NCBI GenBank assembly: GCA_964016885.1
Contig: OZ024741.1
Span: forward strand, 129,270,001-129,334,000
Direction of reading: 5' to 3'
Source of the DNA: Eledone cirrhosa
Taxonomy: Eukaryota
Length of the DNA stretch: 64,000 bases
In this document: positions 12,860-26,839 of the stretch, in pieces
Layout: the number at the start of each line of letters is the position of its first letter
Numbering within the stretch: the stretch's first letter is position 1
Notes under the pieces: generated by a model
Told to the model about the DNA's origin: nothing
Databases searched by the model: none
The model's input: the letters and a program-made list of their open reading frames with translations, nothing else
Made by a program: the position numbers and the translations under genes

Positions 12860-13495
12860 TACAGTTTTGAAATTCTCATGAGTTGAGACTATATTTATGA
12901 AGTGTTAATATTTTGATACTTAAAATGTTTTAAGTGTTGTTTAGAGTATAGTTTTTATTTCACAACTCCATTACATAATGCTTTCCTTTTTTTTTACAAA
13001 TTTCAAACTGTTTCGAAGGCCTTATTCTTTCAAAACACACCAAAAGCAATAGGAAATATGAATTTCACATCGAAAGGGAAACTGGTGTAATATTCATAAA
13101 ACTATTTTAGCAACTCATGTAGAATTTGAAGTTGGTGAAAATCAGCAAAATATTGACCTTGAATATTAGGCCGACCTCCAATTTACCATCAAATTTTTTG
13201 CCACATATTTTCTGAGCTTATATATGAGTATATATATGATAATTTTGACAGACCATCCATCATAAAGTTCTATGGTAAAGGGGTTCTGCCAAGTGATATT
13301 AAGAATCATCTGTAAAATGTGGTAGTAAAAATATCACAAGGTATTTCATCCAACACTCTAAAGATTCTACCAATCCGCTATGCAAAGGTTCAATCCATTT
13401 GGATAAAATTTTCTAAATTTGCCAGCAAGGAGCGTCATAGAAAAAAAAAGAAAACATTGTTGGCTTTAAATTAAGTGAAAAATAATATGATAATA

Positions 13496-14065
13496 ATAAT
13501 TGTTTCTATTTTTTGGCACAAGGCCAGCAATTACCCAGTGCATTACTGGTACTTTATTTTATCGACCCCGTAAGGATGAAAGGCAAAGTTAACCTCGACG
13601 GGATTTGAACTCAGAATGGCAAGGGCTGTAACTCTATGCGTCAAAGCATGGCATCCGACCCTCTACCGATACTGCCAATCCACCGTAATAATAATTGTTT
13701 CTACTTTAGGCACAAGGCCAGCAATCACCCAGTGCATTACTGGTACTTTATTTTATCGACCCCGTAAGGATGAAAGGCAAAGTCAACCTCGGCGGGATTT
13801 GAACTCAGATCATAAAGGGACGTAACTATGCTGGAAAGCATGGCGTCCGACCCTCTACCGATACTCCCAAAGGCTAACAATTTTTTGGGGGAGAGAAAGT
13901 CGATTAAATTGACCCCAGTGCATTACTGGTATTTCATTTCATTGACCCCGTAAGGATGAAAGGTAAAGTTAACCTCAACGGGATTTGAACTCAAGACGTA
14001 AAGGGCCGTAACTCTATGTCGCTAAGCATGTCGTCTGATGCTCTACCAATTCTGCCAATTCACTG
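13496..14065 (-). mobile_element. Three tandem SINE family 1 copies
   Basis: Three occurrences of aaggatgaaaggyaaagtyaacctc...gatttgaactca. Confidence 0.85.
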
Positions 14066-14674
14066 CCCACAGAATAATATAATAATAATTAAGATAGGCG
14101 CATGGTCAGATTTATTGGAAGATATAGCTGATTATTTTCAATTCACTGCTGGATAGAGCCACAACAACTATATAAGTTTTAGACATACCTATCCACAATG
14201 ACTACATGCATGTTGCATGGTGTATCTTCATCTTGGGGTGATCAGGCAGAAATTAAACTAAAAAAACCCAGAGGAGAAAACACAAGGAATCTCATTTACT
14301 GCACTAACAATTCTACCAAACAAATACCTTAGACTAATACTGTATTTATCAATGCCCGAAAGGATGATCAGCGACATTGATCTTCAATGATTATATTGCC
14401 CACTATTAACAAGTATTTATTTGAATGAGAGTGCTCACTACCCTGCTAAGCTAAACTTACTACTCTTATTGATGATGAAGGATGAAATGCAAATAATAAT
14501 AATCCTCAAAAGGAGATATCTTGGGTGGTCTGAAAAATGTTTGGGAATGAACAAGACGGAGTTATACAAAAGGTCAGATATGTTATACAACAAACAACTG
14601 ATTCTAAATATCTATGTAGAAATAAAGACATTTAATAAATAGATAACTATGGAGAAAACAATAATGATAATAAT

Positions 14675-15160
14675 AATAATTGTTTCTACTTTTGGCACAA
14701 GGCCAGCAATTACTCAGTACATTACTGGTACTTTATTTTATCGACCCCATAAGGATGAAAGGCAAAGTTAACCTCGGCGGGATTTGAACTCAGAATGGCA
14801 AGCGCCGTAACTCTATGCGTCAAAGCATGGCGTCCGACCTTCTACCGATACTGCCAAATGATTTCTGATATAGGCACAAGGCCAATAATTTTGGAAGAGG
14901 GGAAAGTTGATTAAATTGACCCCAATGCATTACTGGCACCTTATTTTATCGACCCTTTAAGGATAAAAGGCAAAGCTAACCATACTAGGATTTGAACTCA
15001 GAATGTAAAGAGGCATAACTGTATGGTGCAAAGCATATTGTCCGATGCTCTACCGATTGCCAATTTTGGAGGCGGAGATAATTGATTATATCAACCCCAG
15101 TACTTGACTGGTACATTATTTTATTGATCCTGGAAATATAAAAAGTTGAATTCAGAATAT
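14675..15160 (-). mobile_element. Cluster of 2-3 SINE family 1 copies
   Basis: Repeated core and tail on the minus strand. Confidence 0.8.
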
Positions 15161-15554
15161 AAAGTGCTATAACTAAATAGCACAAGAAATGATCCACTGA
15201 GCCAAACATTTGATACTTTGAGTTATATGTTGATGGGTTGCAGTAACATGTTAGAGCTTATAGCATTCATACAATGAGTGTGTGACTGCACACTCATGCA
15301 GCTTAGAAGGAATGTTGATCACAAGGCATTTTGTCTGAGGTTCTAATGTTTCTGCAAATCCCTTGCCCATGTGGACCAAGGGGGAAGGATATGGTTAGTT
15401 AAATCCATCTCGGGGCTTCAGTTGATCACCTAACTGAAATCAAAATGAAATAATAGTAATTTTTTCTAATTTCTATTTTTCTTTCTTCAAATTTTCAATT
15501 AATTTTTTCTTTTGTTTTTGTTATTAAACTAACACCTACCACTTCTCACTATTT

Positions 15555-15780
15555 TTACAAATATCTAACTAAACAGTTTCCTGCTGTTTACAAAAACCTA
15601 ACAACTAAATAATTTTCACTGTTTACAAATGCCTAACAACTAAACAGTTTTCTGCTGTTTACAAACACCTCACAATGGAACAGTTTTCTTCTGTTTACAA
15701 ACATCTAATAACTAAACAGTTTTCACTGTTTAAAAACACCTCACAGCTAAAGTTTTCACTATTTGCCAACACCTACCAAC
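15555..15780. repeat. Degenerate ~35-bp tandem repeat
   Basis: aactaaacagttttc...ctgtttacaaa...cct recurring about 6 times. Confidence 0.75.
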
Positions 15781-17779
15781 AACAACTAACAAAACTAATA
15801 CATTAAGTTGTATTAAAACCAGTTTAATATTTCTTAATTAATCCTTTGTTGTGTCTTAGTTGTTGTTTTAAGATGTCATTCCTTCTGGGGAGGGGGTGGA
15901 GTTATAACAACTTTTGTGGAACACTGTTAACATTTTATTGTTGTTATTGTTGCTATTTTTGTTGTCATTGTTGTTGCCATGTTGCACCTGAAGTGGAGAC
16001 GTGAGGCTTTATCTTTGTTATTAGAATTGTTGTTCTGTCTTTCTGGCTTTCCAACAACTACAGTCGTTGTTGTTTAGCCCAAGGTAAATCCTGATTGAGC
16101 AGACACACAAAGGCATTCCATCTGTAACCATCCTGTTTTTGTTTTTCTCCTGTGCAGGAAAGCTAAGGCCACATTATCAAACATGTTCGTTTTCAAATGG
16201 TGTGATTTGAGGGAAACATGGCTATTACTTCTAGCTGGTCATGTGATCACATAGAGGTTCCTCATAGGCTTTTTCTTTGCTTGGTTTAGGGTGGAGGTTA
16301 CTCAATGAGCTCAGGTTAAGCCTTTTGAATAACAAAATGCTTGAAACCAGCTCTTGTTCTAAGATACAAAACTCTTTGTTTTAAAGTGTTTATATCAATC
16401 TAAAGGACTTCCATTATAGTTTTATGAAAGAACCTTTAAGTTTTGTTCTAAATACCAGATAGATGAGAAAATTAGTTATATTACTAAATCTCTCTAAACT
16501 TATGATTATTTTCAAAATTATTTGAAAATCATAGGCAGCATATTTCATTAGGAATAGCGTAACAAAAGGGTTAATTGAGGTGATTTATTAAACCCAATGG
16601 GGCTTCAATGAAATCTTGTCTCATGTACCAGTCTGTAACAGAAAATAACACTAATAATGGTTTCTGATTTAGGCACAAGTCCACATATTTGGGTGAGGGG
16701 AAAGTCGATTAAATTGACCACAGTGTGGTACTGGTAAATGAATAAAAAATAACCAAGATTAAATTAAATTAAATCATTTCAATTAACATAACAGGAATAT
16801 TCATTCCTTCTAAATTAATCTCATCAGAATCTATTAAATAACATTAATATTTACCAATACATATCCATGAGATGATCACAAGTCCAATAATGTAAACAAA
16901 ATCACATTTGAGCTTTGAAATATTCTTTGCCTTTATATGGTTGTATTATCAATTCATCTAAACACACACACACATATATATATATATTTTCTTTTTAAAA
17001 AACGGAAAAGAATGACTTCATTTGTAGTTCTAAACAATATAATTTTATAATATTATAATTTTACAATTTGGTTTTGTAGATCTACAAAACCAAATTGTAA
17101 AATTATATTATAAAATTAAATTAAATTGTTCAGAACTACAAGTGGAGTCATTCTTTTCCTTTTTTTAAATATACCTAACTGTACCAAGGATTTCACATAG
17201 TTTCCAATACACACACCACCACACACACACACAGACATATATACATATATGCACAGATATATACACACACAGATACATACCTTATATTTGAAGGAGATAA
17301 AGGAAATAGGATGTTGTGTTGTTCATGCCTTTCCTAAGTATGTAATCTACAACGAGAATGAAAGGATGATGAAGTGACATGTTGTTACATCAACTGAGAT
17401 TTCAAGCTTGGGTCTGAAGGTTTGTGATCTCTATAAAATCAATACCAGTAATACATGACAGTTAAACACGCTACCTGTGAAAATTATCCTCATCCTTTAT
17501 TTTTATTCAAATGAAATGTAAATAAATAAATGCTGTTGATATTAATGATGCTGTTGTTGATGATGATGATGTTGTTGTCGTTAATGATGAAGATGATGAT
17601 GATATCTATAATTATTGTTAGTAATACTAATGGCTTTTCTTTTCCTTTTTTTATTTATTTATAAATTTCTCTGCCACCTTGATGGTTTTCTTTTCACCAA
17701 ATCCAATTGAACCATCCAATGACCACCATCGCCACCAACACCAATACATTGACTCTCTTCTGCAATTGACCACAACCAG

Positions 17780-18012
17780 GCCTTCTGGATGAGATACGTC
17801 AACTAAATGACGATAAGCGGCTTATGTCTCAATTGTTGCAACAGAACCAGGAGACCCATGAGAACAGGATACGGGAATTGCTGGGTTCCGGTGAAGACAT
17901 GGAACACCGATACAGTGAACTGTTGGAGGAGAAGCGCCAGCAAGTGGACGACCTCAAGTTACAGCTGGAGGCCGTTGACAGACAACTGAAAGCCAACAAG
18001 CAATTCCTCAAT
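17780..18012 (+). CDS. AKAP9: AKAP9/pericentrin-like exon (LLDEIRQLND...RQLKANKQFLN)
   Basis: Acceptor ccag, donor gtaagt. The peptide end continues into the family motif xxNxxFLxEQAxERExERxxFQxEI. Confidence 0.9.
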
Positions 18013-18104
18013 GTAAGTTTTCTGCCTGGTGAAGGTCTCATCAGCCACACAGCTGGTCAGACTCTCTCACTCAACCAGCTGATATGTTTGATGTCTGAGA
18101 TTAT

Positions 18105-18870
18105 GTCTGATGTGGGTTGATATCTGTTGGTATCTGATATGTCCGATGTGTTTGATGTGGGTTGACATCTGTTGGTATCTGATATGTCCGATGTGTTTGA
18201 TGTGGGTTGACATCTGTTGGTATCTGATATGTCCGATGTGTTTGATGTGGGTTGACATCTGTTGGTATCTGATATGTCCGATGTGTTTGATGTGGGTTGA
18301 CATCTGTTGGTATCTGATATGTCCGATATGTTTGATGTGGGTTGACATCTGTTGGTATCTGATATGTCCGATGTGTTTGATGTGGGTTGACATCTGTTGA
18401 TGTTTAATGTGGATTGATATCTGTTGATATTTGATGTGGGTTGATATCTGTAGATATCTGATGGTACTTGATGTGAGTTGATATCTGTGATATCTGATGT
18501 TTAATGTGGGTTGATATCTGTTGGTGTCTGATGTGAGTTATCTGTTTATGTCTGATGTGTTTGATGTAGGTTGATATCTGTTGGTGTCTGATGTGTTTGA
18601 TATGGGTTGATATCTGTTGGTGCATGATGTGTTTGATGTGGGTTGATATCTGTTGGTGTATGATGTGTGGGTTGATATCTGTTGGTGCCTCATGTGGGTT
18701 GATATCTGTTGGTATCTGATGTGTTTGATGTAGGTTGATATCTGTTGGTGTCTGGTGTGTTTAATGTGGGTTGATATCTGTTGGTGTCTGATGTGGGTTG
18801 ATATCAACAGGTATCTGTTGATGTCTCAGGTTGTCTGATGTGTTTCATGTCAACAATTATCTGTTGATGT
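18105..18870. repeat. 45-bp minisatellite (about 6.5 near-perfect copies to 18400, then degenerate)
   Basis: Unit tgatgtgggttgacatctgttggtatctgatatgtccgatgtgtt; 15-aa periodicity in the ORF track. Confidence 0.92.
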
Positions 18871-19024
18871 CTGATGCAATATTTTGATGTGTTGGATGTG
18901 ACTGTTGCTTGATACATTTCAGTTGTAGATGGTCAATTGATGACCACTAGGCAGGCAGATGTTTCAGATGCTTCCATTATCTCCTCTAATACCACCACCT
19001 CTATGGCTATCACTACTGCTACAA

Positions 19025-19575
19025 ATACCACCACCATTATTACTAACTCCACTATCACTATCTTTTGCTACCATTATCATCAATGCCACCATCACCATTA
19101 TTACTATATCCAATACCAGAACTATCATCACCACTATCACTATCTCCATGACCACTACCACAAGCATCACCATCACCACTACCATCATCACCACTATCAC
19201 TATCTCCACTACCATCACCATCACCACTACCATCATCACCACTATCACTATCTCCATGACCACTACCACAAGCATCACCATCACCACTACCATCATCACC
19301 ACTATCACTATCTCCACTACCACTACCACAAGCATCACCATCACAACCACCATCACCACTATCTCTATTACCACCACCACTACCCTCATCATCACTATCT
19401 CCACTACCACTGCTTCTATTTCTACCATCATCATGACTAATATTAGCTCTAAACACTACCACCACAGCCATCAGCACTATCACTATCTCCATAACCACCA
19501 CAATTACCATCACCACCACAACCACTACTACAATCACCACTACCTCTATTTCCATCATCACTATCATCATGACTA
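19025..19575. repeat. (CAC/CAT/TAC)n low-complexity tract with higher-order repeats
   Basis: Trinucleotide periodicity; spurious His/Thr ORFs. Confidence 0.9.
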
Positions 19576-19635
19576 ATAATAATTCTAAACACAGTGTACC
19601 AACTAATGAGCTGTCTGTATTGTTTGTGATTTAAG

Positions 19636-19755
19636 GAGCAAGCCCATGAACGAGAACAAGAGAGAGAAGAGTTCCAGAAGGAGATTAATCAATGGAAGAA
19701 CACAGTCCACCAGATGGAACGACAACAGAACACTGAGATCAGACTGAAGAAAGAG
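19636..19755 (+). CDS. AKAP9: AKAP9/pericentrin-like exon (EQAHEREQEREEFQKEINQWK...IRLKKE)
   Basis: ttaag|GAG...GAG|gtcagt, 120 nt, phase 0-0. Resembles the recalled AKAP9 motif EQAIDREHERDVFQQEI. Missed by the ORF track. Confidence 0.92.
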
Positions 19756-19860
19756 GTCAGTACAAAATGACATGATTAGTTATCATCAACATCATTTATA
19801 TAAATATTTGTGTGTATGTATATATATATATATGTATTGAAAACAAAGCGAGGATTCACA

Positions 19861-20073
19861 TTAACCCTTTAGCATTTAAACCGGCCATAACCGACCAGAA
19901 TTCTTTCATCTCTTTCTGTTCAAACTGGCTGTAACTAGCCACTCATACTGATAAGGTATTGTTCTCAAAATAAATAATATCAAAATCTCATACATTGGAT
20001 ATTATGTGAGGTAAAGTCTTTACCTTGAAAATACAATAATATATATAGAGTAATGTAAATGATAAAGGGTTAA
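19861..20073. mobile_element. piggyBac-type MITE, family A
   Basis: TTAA-CCCTTTAGCATTTA...TAAATGATAAAGGG-TTAA. Second copy at 60084-60285. Confidence 0.8.
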
Positions 20074-20405
20074 GGTCTTTATTGATTATACGCAGTTATG
20101 ACCATTTCACAGATGGCTAGCTCAGGATCTATATAAATGCTATAGACCTGACTCCAACCCAATCTTCTCATCAGACTTGTTAATCAAGCAAAGCTAAAAT
20201 CTTATCTAATTGCATCCCATTTGTTTGCAATATATACACTCTGTTGTAGCATAAAGTGCTGATTTTGGTATCTGCTGCATTTTGTTAAGGCTGGAAGTGC
20301 ATAACTGCTCTCAATTAATCAATATACATTGCTATTTTTTTTTGTCCTCAGCAACAATTGAAAGAGTGCAAATAATAAATATTTGCTCTATGGATTTGAA
20401 TATAG

Positions 20406-20457
<52 letters not shown>

Positions 20458-20514
20458 TACTCTTATTGAGTTCTCTCTGGATTTTCGTCTTTGTATTTAT
20501 TATTACTATTATTA

Positions 20515-20695
20515 TGGCAGTATCGGTAGAGTGTCAGACGCCATGCTTTGCAGCATAGTTATGACCCTTTACGTTCTGAGTTCAAATCCGCCGAGTTTAA
20601 CTTTGCCTTTCATCCTTACGGGGTCGATAAAATAAAGCACCAGTAATGCACTGGGGTAATTGCTGGCCTTGTGCCAAAAGTAGAAACTATTATTA
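20515..20695 (+). mobile_element. SINE family 1 copy
   Basis: A-box, B-box, core and tail present. Confidence 0.85.
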
Positions 20696-20948
20696 TATGT
20701 GTGTGATCGGGTCTCTTTCCATTGTATTAGCTACAAGATCTCTGAGTGTCAAGGGTGCTCTATTAGCCACAAGTAGCTGGGGGTGTAAATCCGTATGTGG
20801 TTGACAAGAGAAAGAAAGGAGTACTCAATATCAAAGTTGGGTTTTAATTATTTTATTAAGGTTAAATAGTGAGTCTTGTTATTCTGGAGTTTCACCTGTT
20901 TATTACAAGGATTGTGTACCCTTTTCTCTCAGCCATCAACCACATATG

Positions 20949-20997
<49 letters not shown>

Positions 20998-21456
20998 ATG
21001 TGTGCTTCATTTTTGAGCACATCTTTACTCTCCTTTATATTTTCTCTCTTCTACTATGGATTCTTCCTACTGGTTGATATCTATATTTTTCCGGTTTCTC
21101 TACTGGGTATCTCTGCTCTGTTAGATGGTGAGTGTTTTATGGCTCTTCTATTAGCCACCCTCTCTTCTCCTTCCATTTTTACCTCTCTTATATCCTACCT
21201 GACAATATAACCACCACCACCTTCCTATCTGACAATGCCATCACCATCACCACCTCTTTCTCTACTGATGTTCTTGCCTTTTTGTTTCCTGTAGACTACA
21301 ATGTAGCTGTTATCGTGCTAACACTTGTGTTGCATCACCAAATAATTCATAATTTTTTGAGAATTTGTTGAACACTTTTGGTGAAAAATATTTTTCTGAG
21401 ATTAATAATGTGTTGTATTACTGAGGTGTTTGTGTGCGCACGTGTGTGTGTATGTG

Positions 21457-21530
<74 letters not shown>

Positions 21531-21829
21531 CAGAGGAAGAGGGAGAGAACAATTAAATTGTAAGAAGATACACTTATTTTAAAATGGTAAATTTAAAATT
21601 CCTCAATAGATCTGTTTAAAAAAATTGGAGAAAAGATGCAAACCATCATTCGTAGCAATTAGTATCTATCACCAATTAACAATTTTAGTAATTAGCATCT
21701 CAAGACCCCAATTGTTTTCATCAGTGTGAATTAATCTTATGTATACCACCAATGCCTCTAACATTATCTACAAAACCATCATCACTGAAACCTCCACTAC
21801 TAAATTACATGTTAATTATCAATTGCCAG

Positions 21830-22015
21830 GTGGAAGAACTATCTGACCAGTTGGAAAGCCGCATTTCTTCTCAGAGTCAAATGTTAATGAAGAAAGAACA
21901 GCTGGAGCGTGACATTCAAGACAAAGACCTCACTGCACAAGAACTGAAACAGTTGGTTGACCAACTGGAACAGGAGTTGGATGAGAAGGTGACCAAAGAG
22001 AAGCAACAAGAGCAG
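21830..22015 (+). CDS. AKAP9: AKAP9/pericentrin-like exon (VEELSDQLES...EKQQEQ)
   Basis: ccag|GTG...CAG|gtaagt, 186 nt, phase 0-0, coiled-coil composition. Confidence 0.9.
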
Positions 22016-22859
22016 GTAAGTGTAGCTCTCTACCATAGAGGGAGGGATGTTGAGAAGGAAGCAGGGATTTCTATTGACACTGAGAGAGTAGAGAAGCTAT
22101 ATATATCATGATCATCATTGTTTTACGTCTATTTTTCCATGCTGGCATGGGTTAGATGAGTTATCCTGTTGTGAGCAATGCTAGCTTAGATGACCATGTC
22201 ATGCTCATATAGAACCGATTTTGGCTAGGTTTCTACAACTGGATGCCCTTCTTAGCTCCAACCTTATTTACAGTAAGTACTGGGTACTTTTTGTTATGAG
22301 GCCTACATGACTACTTTAGTGTGCACTGTGTGCTTTTTGTCGTGACACATTCTATATATAATTATATATATAGGTTGATTCCTGATGTATATCGAGTGTT
22401 GACCACAAAAAAGTTACTCAATATGATAGTAGAGTATAGGCATCTTTATTTTACTATAGAAATGACTGCTACAGGAGCAGAGCTATTTCATTCGTAAGAA
22501 ATCATGTGTATACAAAGACTGTAAATATGAATAAAATCATGTTTTAAAGTTATTTGCAGTTTCTCCAATGTAATTGTGGTTTTAAGTTTTGAGACTACAC
22601 ACTTTTATATAACATTATTTCTAAGACAATTGTCCCAAAGTGCTTAAGATATAGGGACCCTACAATTGCAATTAGATATTATGGTGTTAGTATTTTGGGG
22701 TCTGTTTAATTCATTATTGCAGTTAAATATAGCATTATTTATACTAGATAACATAAGTGTTATCACCATCATTAATGTTTATTATTGTTAGTAGCATTAT
22801 TGTTATTATATGTATATATATATTAAGTCTTTAAAGAATTTCTCATGAATTTCTTACAG

Positions 22860-23060
22860 AGAATTCTCCAGCTTGAACAACAGATTGACAAACTGCAAGA
22901 AATCAACGAAGAACTTAGCCAAGAGATGAAATTGTCTACATCGGAAGACAAGAAAGCCATTTTTAATTTGGAAACCCAACTGGGAGACCAACGTTTGATC
23001 TATGAGAAGAAAGCCTTAACCCTTGATGAAGAACTGAAGAAAGCTCGCAGAATTGAAGAG
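22860..23060 (+). CDS. AKAP9: AKAP9/pericentrin-like exon (RILQLEQQID...ARRIEE)
   Basis: ttacag|AGA...GAG|gttgta, 201 nt, phase 0-0. Donor somewhat weak. Confidence 0.85.
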
Positions 23061-24210
23061 GTTGTACAGACATAAAGTTCTTTGTTTTTTTATAAGAAAA
23101 ATATAAATATAGTTTAAAATATAAGAATTGCATTAACCATTTAGTGATCATATTTCTAATAAAATACTAAAAAGTCTGTCATGAGCCCAGAGGCTTATCA
23201 AGCCAGTACATATCTCAGTTTCTGTGGCATTGACTGAGAGTGCAAGCCCCCATTCTGGACATTGCAAGGTTAAACTCCCAGCTATTGCTGGTACTCATTT
23301 TCAGCTGAGTATACTGGAGCAATGTGGTACATTCAAGCCTGGCATAGTCCTTCACTCCATAAAACAAGGCAGTATATCTCTGTGACAACCCATCCAGCCC
23401 ATACCAGCATGGGAAATATGCATAAAATTATGATGATGATGATGATCATCATCATCATATACAGCAAAGACATGAAAGCTGTGAGGTTAAGGTATTAGAA
23501 TAGAAATCACAAGATCTTAATTTTGAATCTTAGTACTACCTTTGACCTCATGGCTTATCAAATCAAACCATTGGTGGTTAAGCCTTGCTCAACCCTGATT
23601 TAGCTCAGTTATGGATCAACAACATTCTGGCCATGATTATTCTGTCTGTTTAGGGGTTTCTAGGACTACCTTATCCAACATATGCTTCTTTGTTTCAGGC
23701 AGTTGGGTGTGATTTGAAGATAGTTTGGTTGTTATTTCTAGCTTGTTGCACAACTGTGTAGTGGCTCCTTCATTGTCTTATAAATCATTGTTAGTGGTGT
23801 TGGTGTTTGGTGTTTGGTCCCATGTCAGTCTTAATCAAATAGTGTTATGACAAAATACATTCCTGCTGTGACCATATCATGTATTTTTCCAAATATAATG
23901 TGCCTTCTGATTTGTAAGTCAAAACTGATTTGAGGATAATTTGGCTGCTATTTCTAGTGGGTCCTAATAGCAGGTAGTTGTTATTTTAACCCACGTCAGA
24001 ACTATGAAAGTGCCCTATGATGAAAGACATTCCATCCATGACCATGTATTCAGAACGCTACTATTCTATATATTCCTCTGTTTTTAAAATGAAAGGGTGT
24101 GATAGGAGGCAGATTTGGTTGCCATTTCTAACCCTGCAAGCAGCCACATAGTAGTTTTTGTTGGGCTGATTGTTACTGTTGTTGATAATATATTTCTGTC
24201 CCTTTTTCAG

Positions 24211-24399
24211 GAACTTACTAATGAGAAAGCTGCCCTTGAACAACATGTCTGTGATAACTTGATGCAGATAGCCTCTCTTAAGAACCAGCTGGATGAATAC
24301 CGCCAACGTAACCTGTCTTGGGGGATGTTGGATGAATCAGCAGACACCCCCAAGTCATCTGAAGAACTGCTTGCCCAATTGCAGGTGAAAGACAATGAG
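24211..24399 (+). CDS. AKAP9: AKAP9/pericentrin-like exon (ELTNEKAALE...QVKDNE)
   Basis: tttttcag|GAA...GAG|gtatgg, 189 nt, phase 0-0. Confidence 0.9.
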
Positions 24400-24661
24400 G
24401 TATGGTGACTTGTTGCATTTGTTTAAGAACAACATTAGGTAAAGATAAAGAGGCTTTAACTCCTGATGGAGTCACAGGGAGTGCTGTCCTGTCCTGATAT
24501 GAGGTGTATCTTGTATGTCTATATATATATAGCCTTTATGTGTGGATGTCTATATATATATATAGTGTGTATTGTCTCTGCTAAAATATATATCTGTCTA
24601 ACTCTTACTAGCAAGGAAAATAAATATTAAATGATGATGGTATCTTTCTTCTAATTTTTAG

Positions 24662-24904
24662 CTGAGGTTTATATCTGATATGGTTGACAAACTGGAATTG
24701 GATGCTGCACGCAAGGACGAAGAGCTGACTCATCTGAAGAAAAGACTAAATGGTGACGGTGATGATAACAGTGATAACAATATTGCTGTTGGTGGTGTTG
24801 ATGGTAATGGTGAGGAAAGAGAATCATTGGCCAACCATATGTCATATGCTTCTGAAAACACTACAAGAGTTCTTCAGTTGAAAGAAGACAATGAACGATT
24901 GAAG
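24662..24904 (+). CDS. AKAP9: AKAP9/pericentrin-like exon (LRFISDMVDK...DNERLK)
   Basis: tttttag|CTG...AAG|gtattt, 243 nt, phase 0-0. Confidence 0.88.
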
Positions 24905-25944
24905 GTATTTATGTTGTAGTTATTGTTGTTATCATTGTTGAACCTTCGGTCAGTGCTTATCAAGAAAAAAAAATATCGACTCTGCCTTTTGTACTAAAGT
25001 GACCTATGCTCCTTGGACTTCACTCGTTTCATACCATCTTCATTCAAGCCCTCCTGACTCACTTGTCTCTCCTCTTCTTACCATCCATATTGTTTTCACT
25101 ACTTCAAGCTCCATACTAACCTTCTTCCCTAGAAAGTCAAGTCTTCCACTATTGAATTGCCACTCTGCACAGGCTGTTCAGACATTCAACAGGGCAGTAC
25201 TATATCTCATAAATCTAAATATGATCAACAAGATCCCAGACCTCATTCACTTACTGAGTGAAGTGGAACTTGTCAAATCAGACCAAGGAAACAATGTTTC
25301 CATTGGCCTTTCCATTGCTGATACTATCTACCGATTGCAATTCCTGGCAGAAAGAGCAATGTGAAATAAAGTATCTTACTCAAGATCATAACGCATCACC
25401 CAGTCTGGGAATTGAACTCGTGACCTTACAATTGTGAATCCAATTCTCTAACCACTAAGGTACATGCCTTCAATATCATATCCATGTGCCATTTCTTTTT
25501 TATATTTAAGACAGTGGGGTGTAATTTGAGGGAAATTCGGCTACTATTTCTAGAATGCTGAGCAACCATATAGCAGCTCCCTTGTTAGAATCTTGGATGG
25601 CAGAAGCTGTATGATATTGAACAAAATACCTAGCTGTATTGATTTATGTTCCTATACGTTCTGAGTTCATTTCCTGCTGGGTTTGATTGTACCTTTCATC
25701 TTTTCGGTATTAATATGAAATATGTAGCAGTCAAGTACTGAGATCCATTCTTTTAACAATGCCTCCCTGCCACTTTCCCTCCTCCTCATGTTCTCCCTTC
25801 TCCTACAGGGGTTGAGATTAAGGATTCAAATAATGTAATGAAAACCTGTGCTAAAACTCTGAACCTTTACAACAAAGGTCAGTAAACTACAGCCTTGCTT
25901 GCTATGTCTGGCCTTTAAGGTCAGCACACTGCACCCAGTCCACT

Positions 25945-26620
25945 CTGTAAAGTGGTAGTGCTGGTGTTAAATAAAATACACCTAGCCCATTCTGTAAAGT
26001 GGTAGTGCTGGTGTTAAATAAAATACACCTAGCCCATTCAGTAAAGTGGTAGTGCTGGTGTTAAATAAAATACACCTAGCCCATTCTGTAAAGTGGTAGT
26101 GCTGGTGTTAAATAAAATACACCTAGCCCATTCTGTAAAGTGGTAGTGCTGGTGTTAAATAAAATACACCTAGCCCATTCTGTAAAGTGGTAGTGCTGGT
26201 GTTAAATAAAATACACCTAGCCCATTCTGTAAAGTGGTAGTGCTGGTGTTAAATAAAATACACCTAGCCCATTCTGTAAAGTGGTAGTGCTGGTGTTAAA
26301 TAAAATACACCTAGCCCATTCTGTAAAGTGGTAGTGCTGGTGTTAAATAAAATACACCTAGCCCATTCTGTAAAGTGGTAGTGCTGGTGTTAAATAAAAT
26401 ACACCTAGCCCATTCTGTAAAGTGGTAGTGCTGGTGTTAAATAAAATACACCTAGCCCATTCTGTAAAGTGGTAGTGCTGGTACTAAATAAAATACTTCT
26501 AGCCCATTCTGTAAAGTGGTAGTGCTGGTGTTAAATAAAATACACCTAGCCCATTCTGTAAAGTGGTAGTGCTGGTGTGAAATAAAATGCACCTTGTCTT
26601 TTCTGTAAAGTGATAGTGCT
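25945..26620. repeat. 47-bp minisatellite, about 14 near-identical copies
   Basis: Unit ctgtaaagtggtagtgctggtgttaaataaaatacacctagcccatt. Confidence 0.95.
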
Positions 26621-26839
26621 AGTGCCACTTTAAAATGTACTGCACACACAATTTAAAGTGTTTGGCATTAGGAAAGACATCCAGCCATAGAAACCATGCC
26701 AAAATGGAACTCATGAGCAAGGCATAATCATCTGATCTGCCAAATCTACATCTAACCTATGGCAGCATGGAACATACACACAAAACAGTAATGAATGATG
26801 ATGATGATGATGATGAATTTCCATATTTATTTGTTCCAG

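Noticed and set aside
18067-18807. Repetitive Cys/His ORFs on both strands
   Set aside because: Translation of a 45-bp minisatellite; no splice or composition support.
18937-19576. His-rich, Thr-rich and Gly/Asp-rich ORFs
   Set aside because: A trinucleotide low-complexity tract open in several frames, lying in an intron.
25945-26620. Regular 47-bp array as a CRISPR
   Set aside because: Contiguous identical units with no unique spacers, no cas genes, eukaryotic intron.
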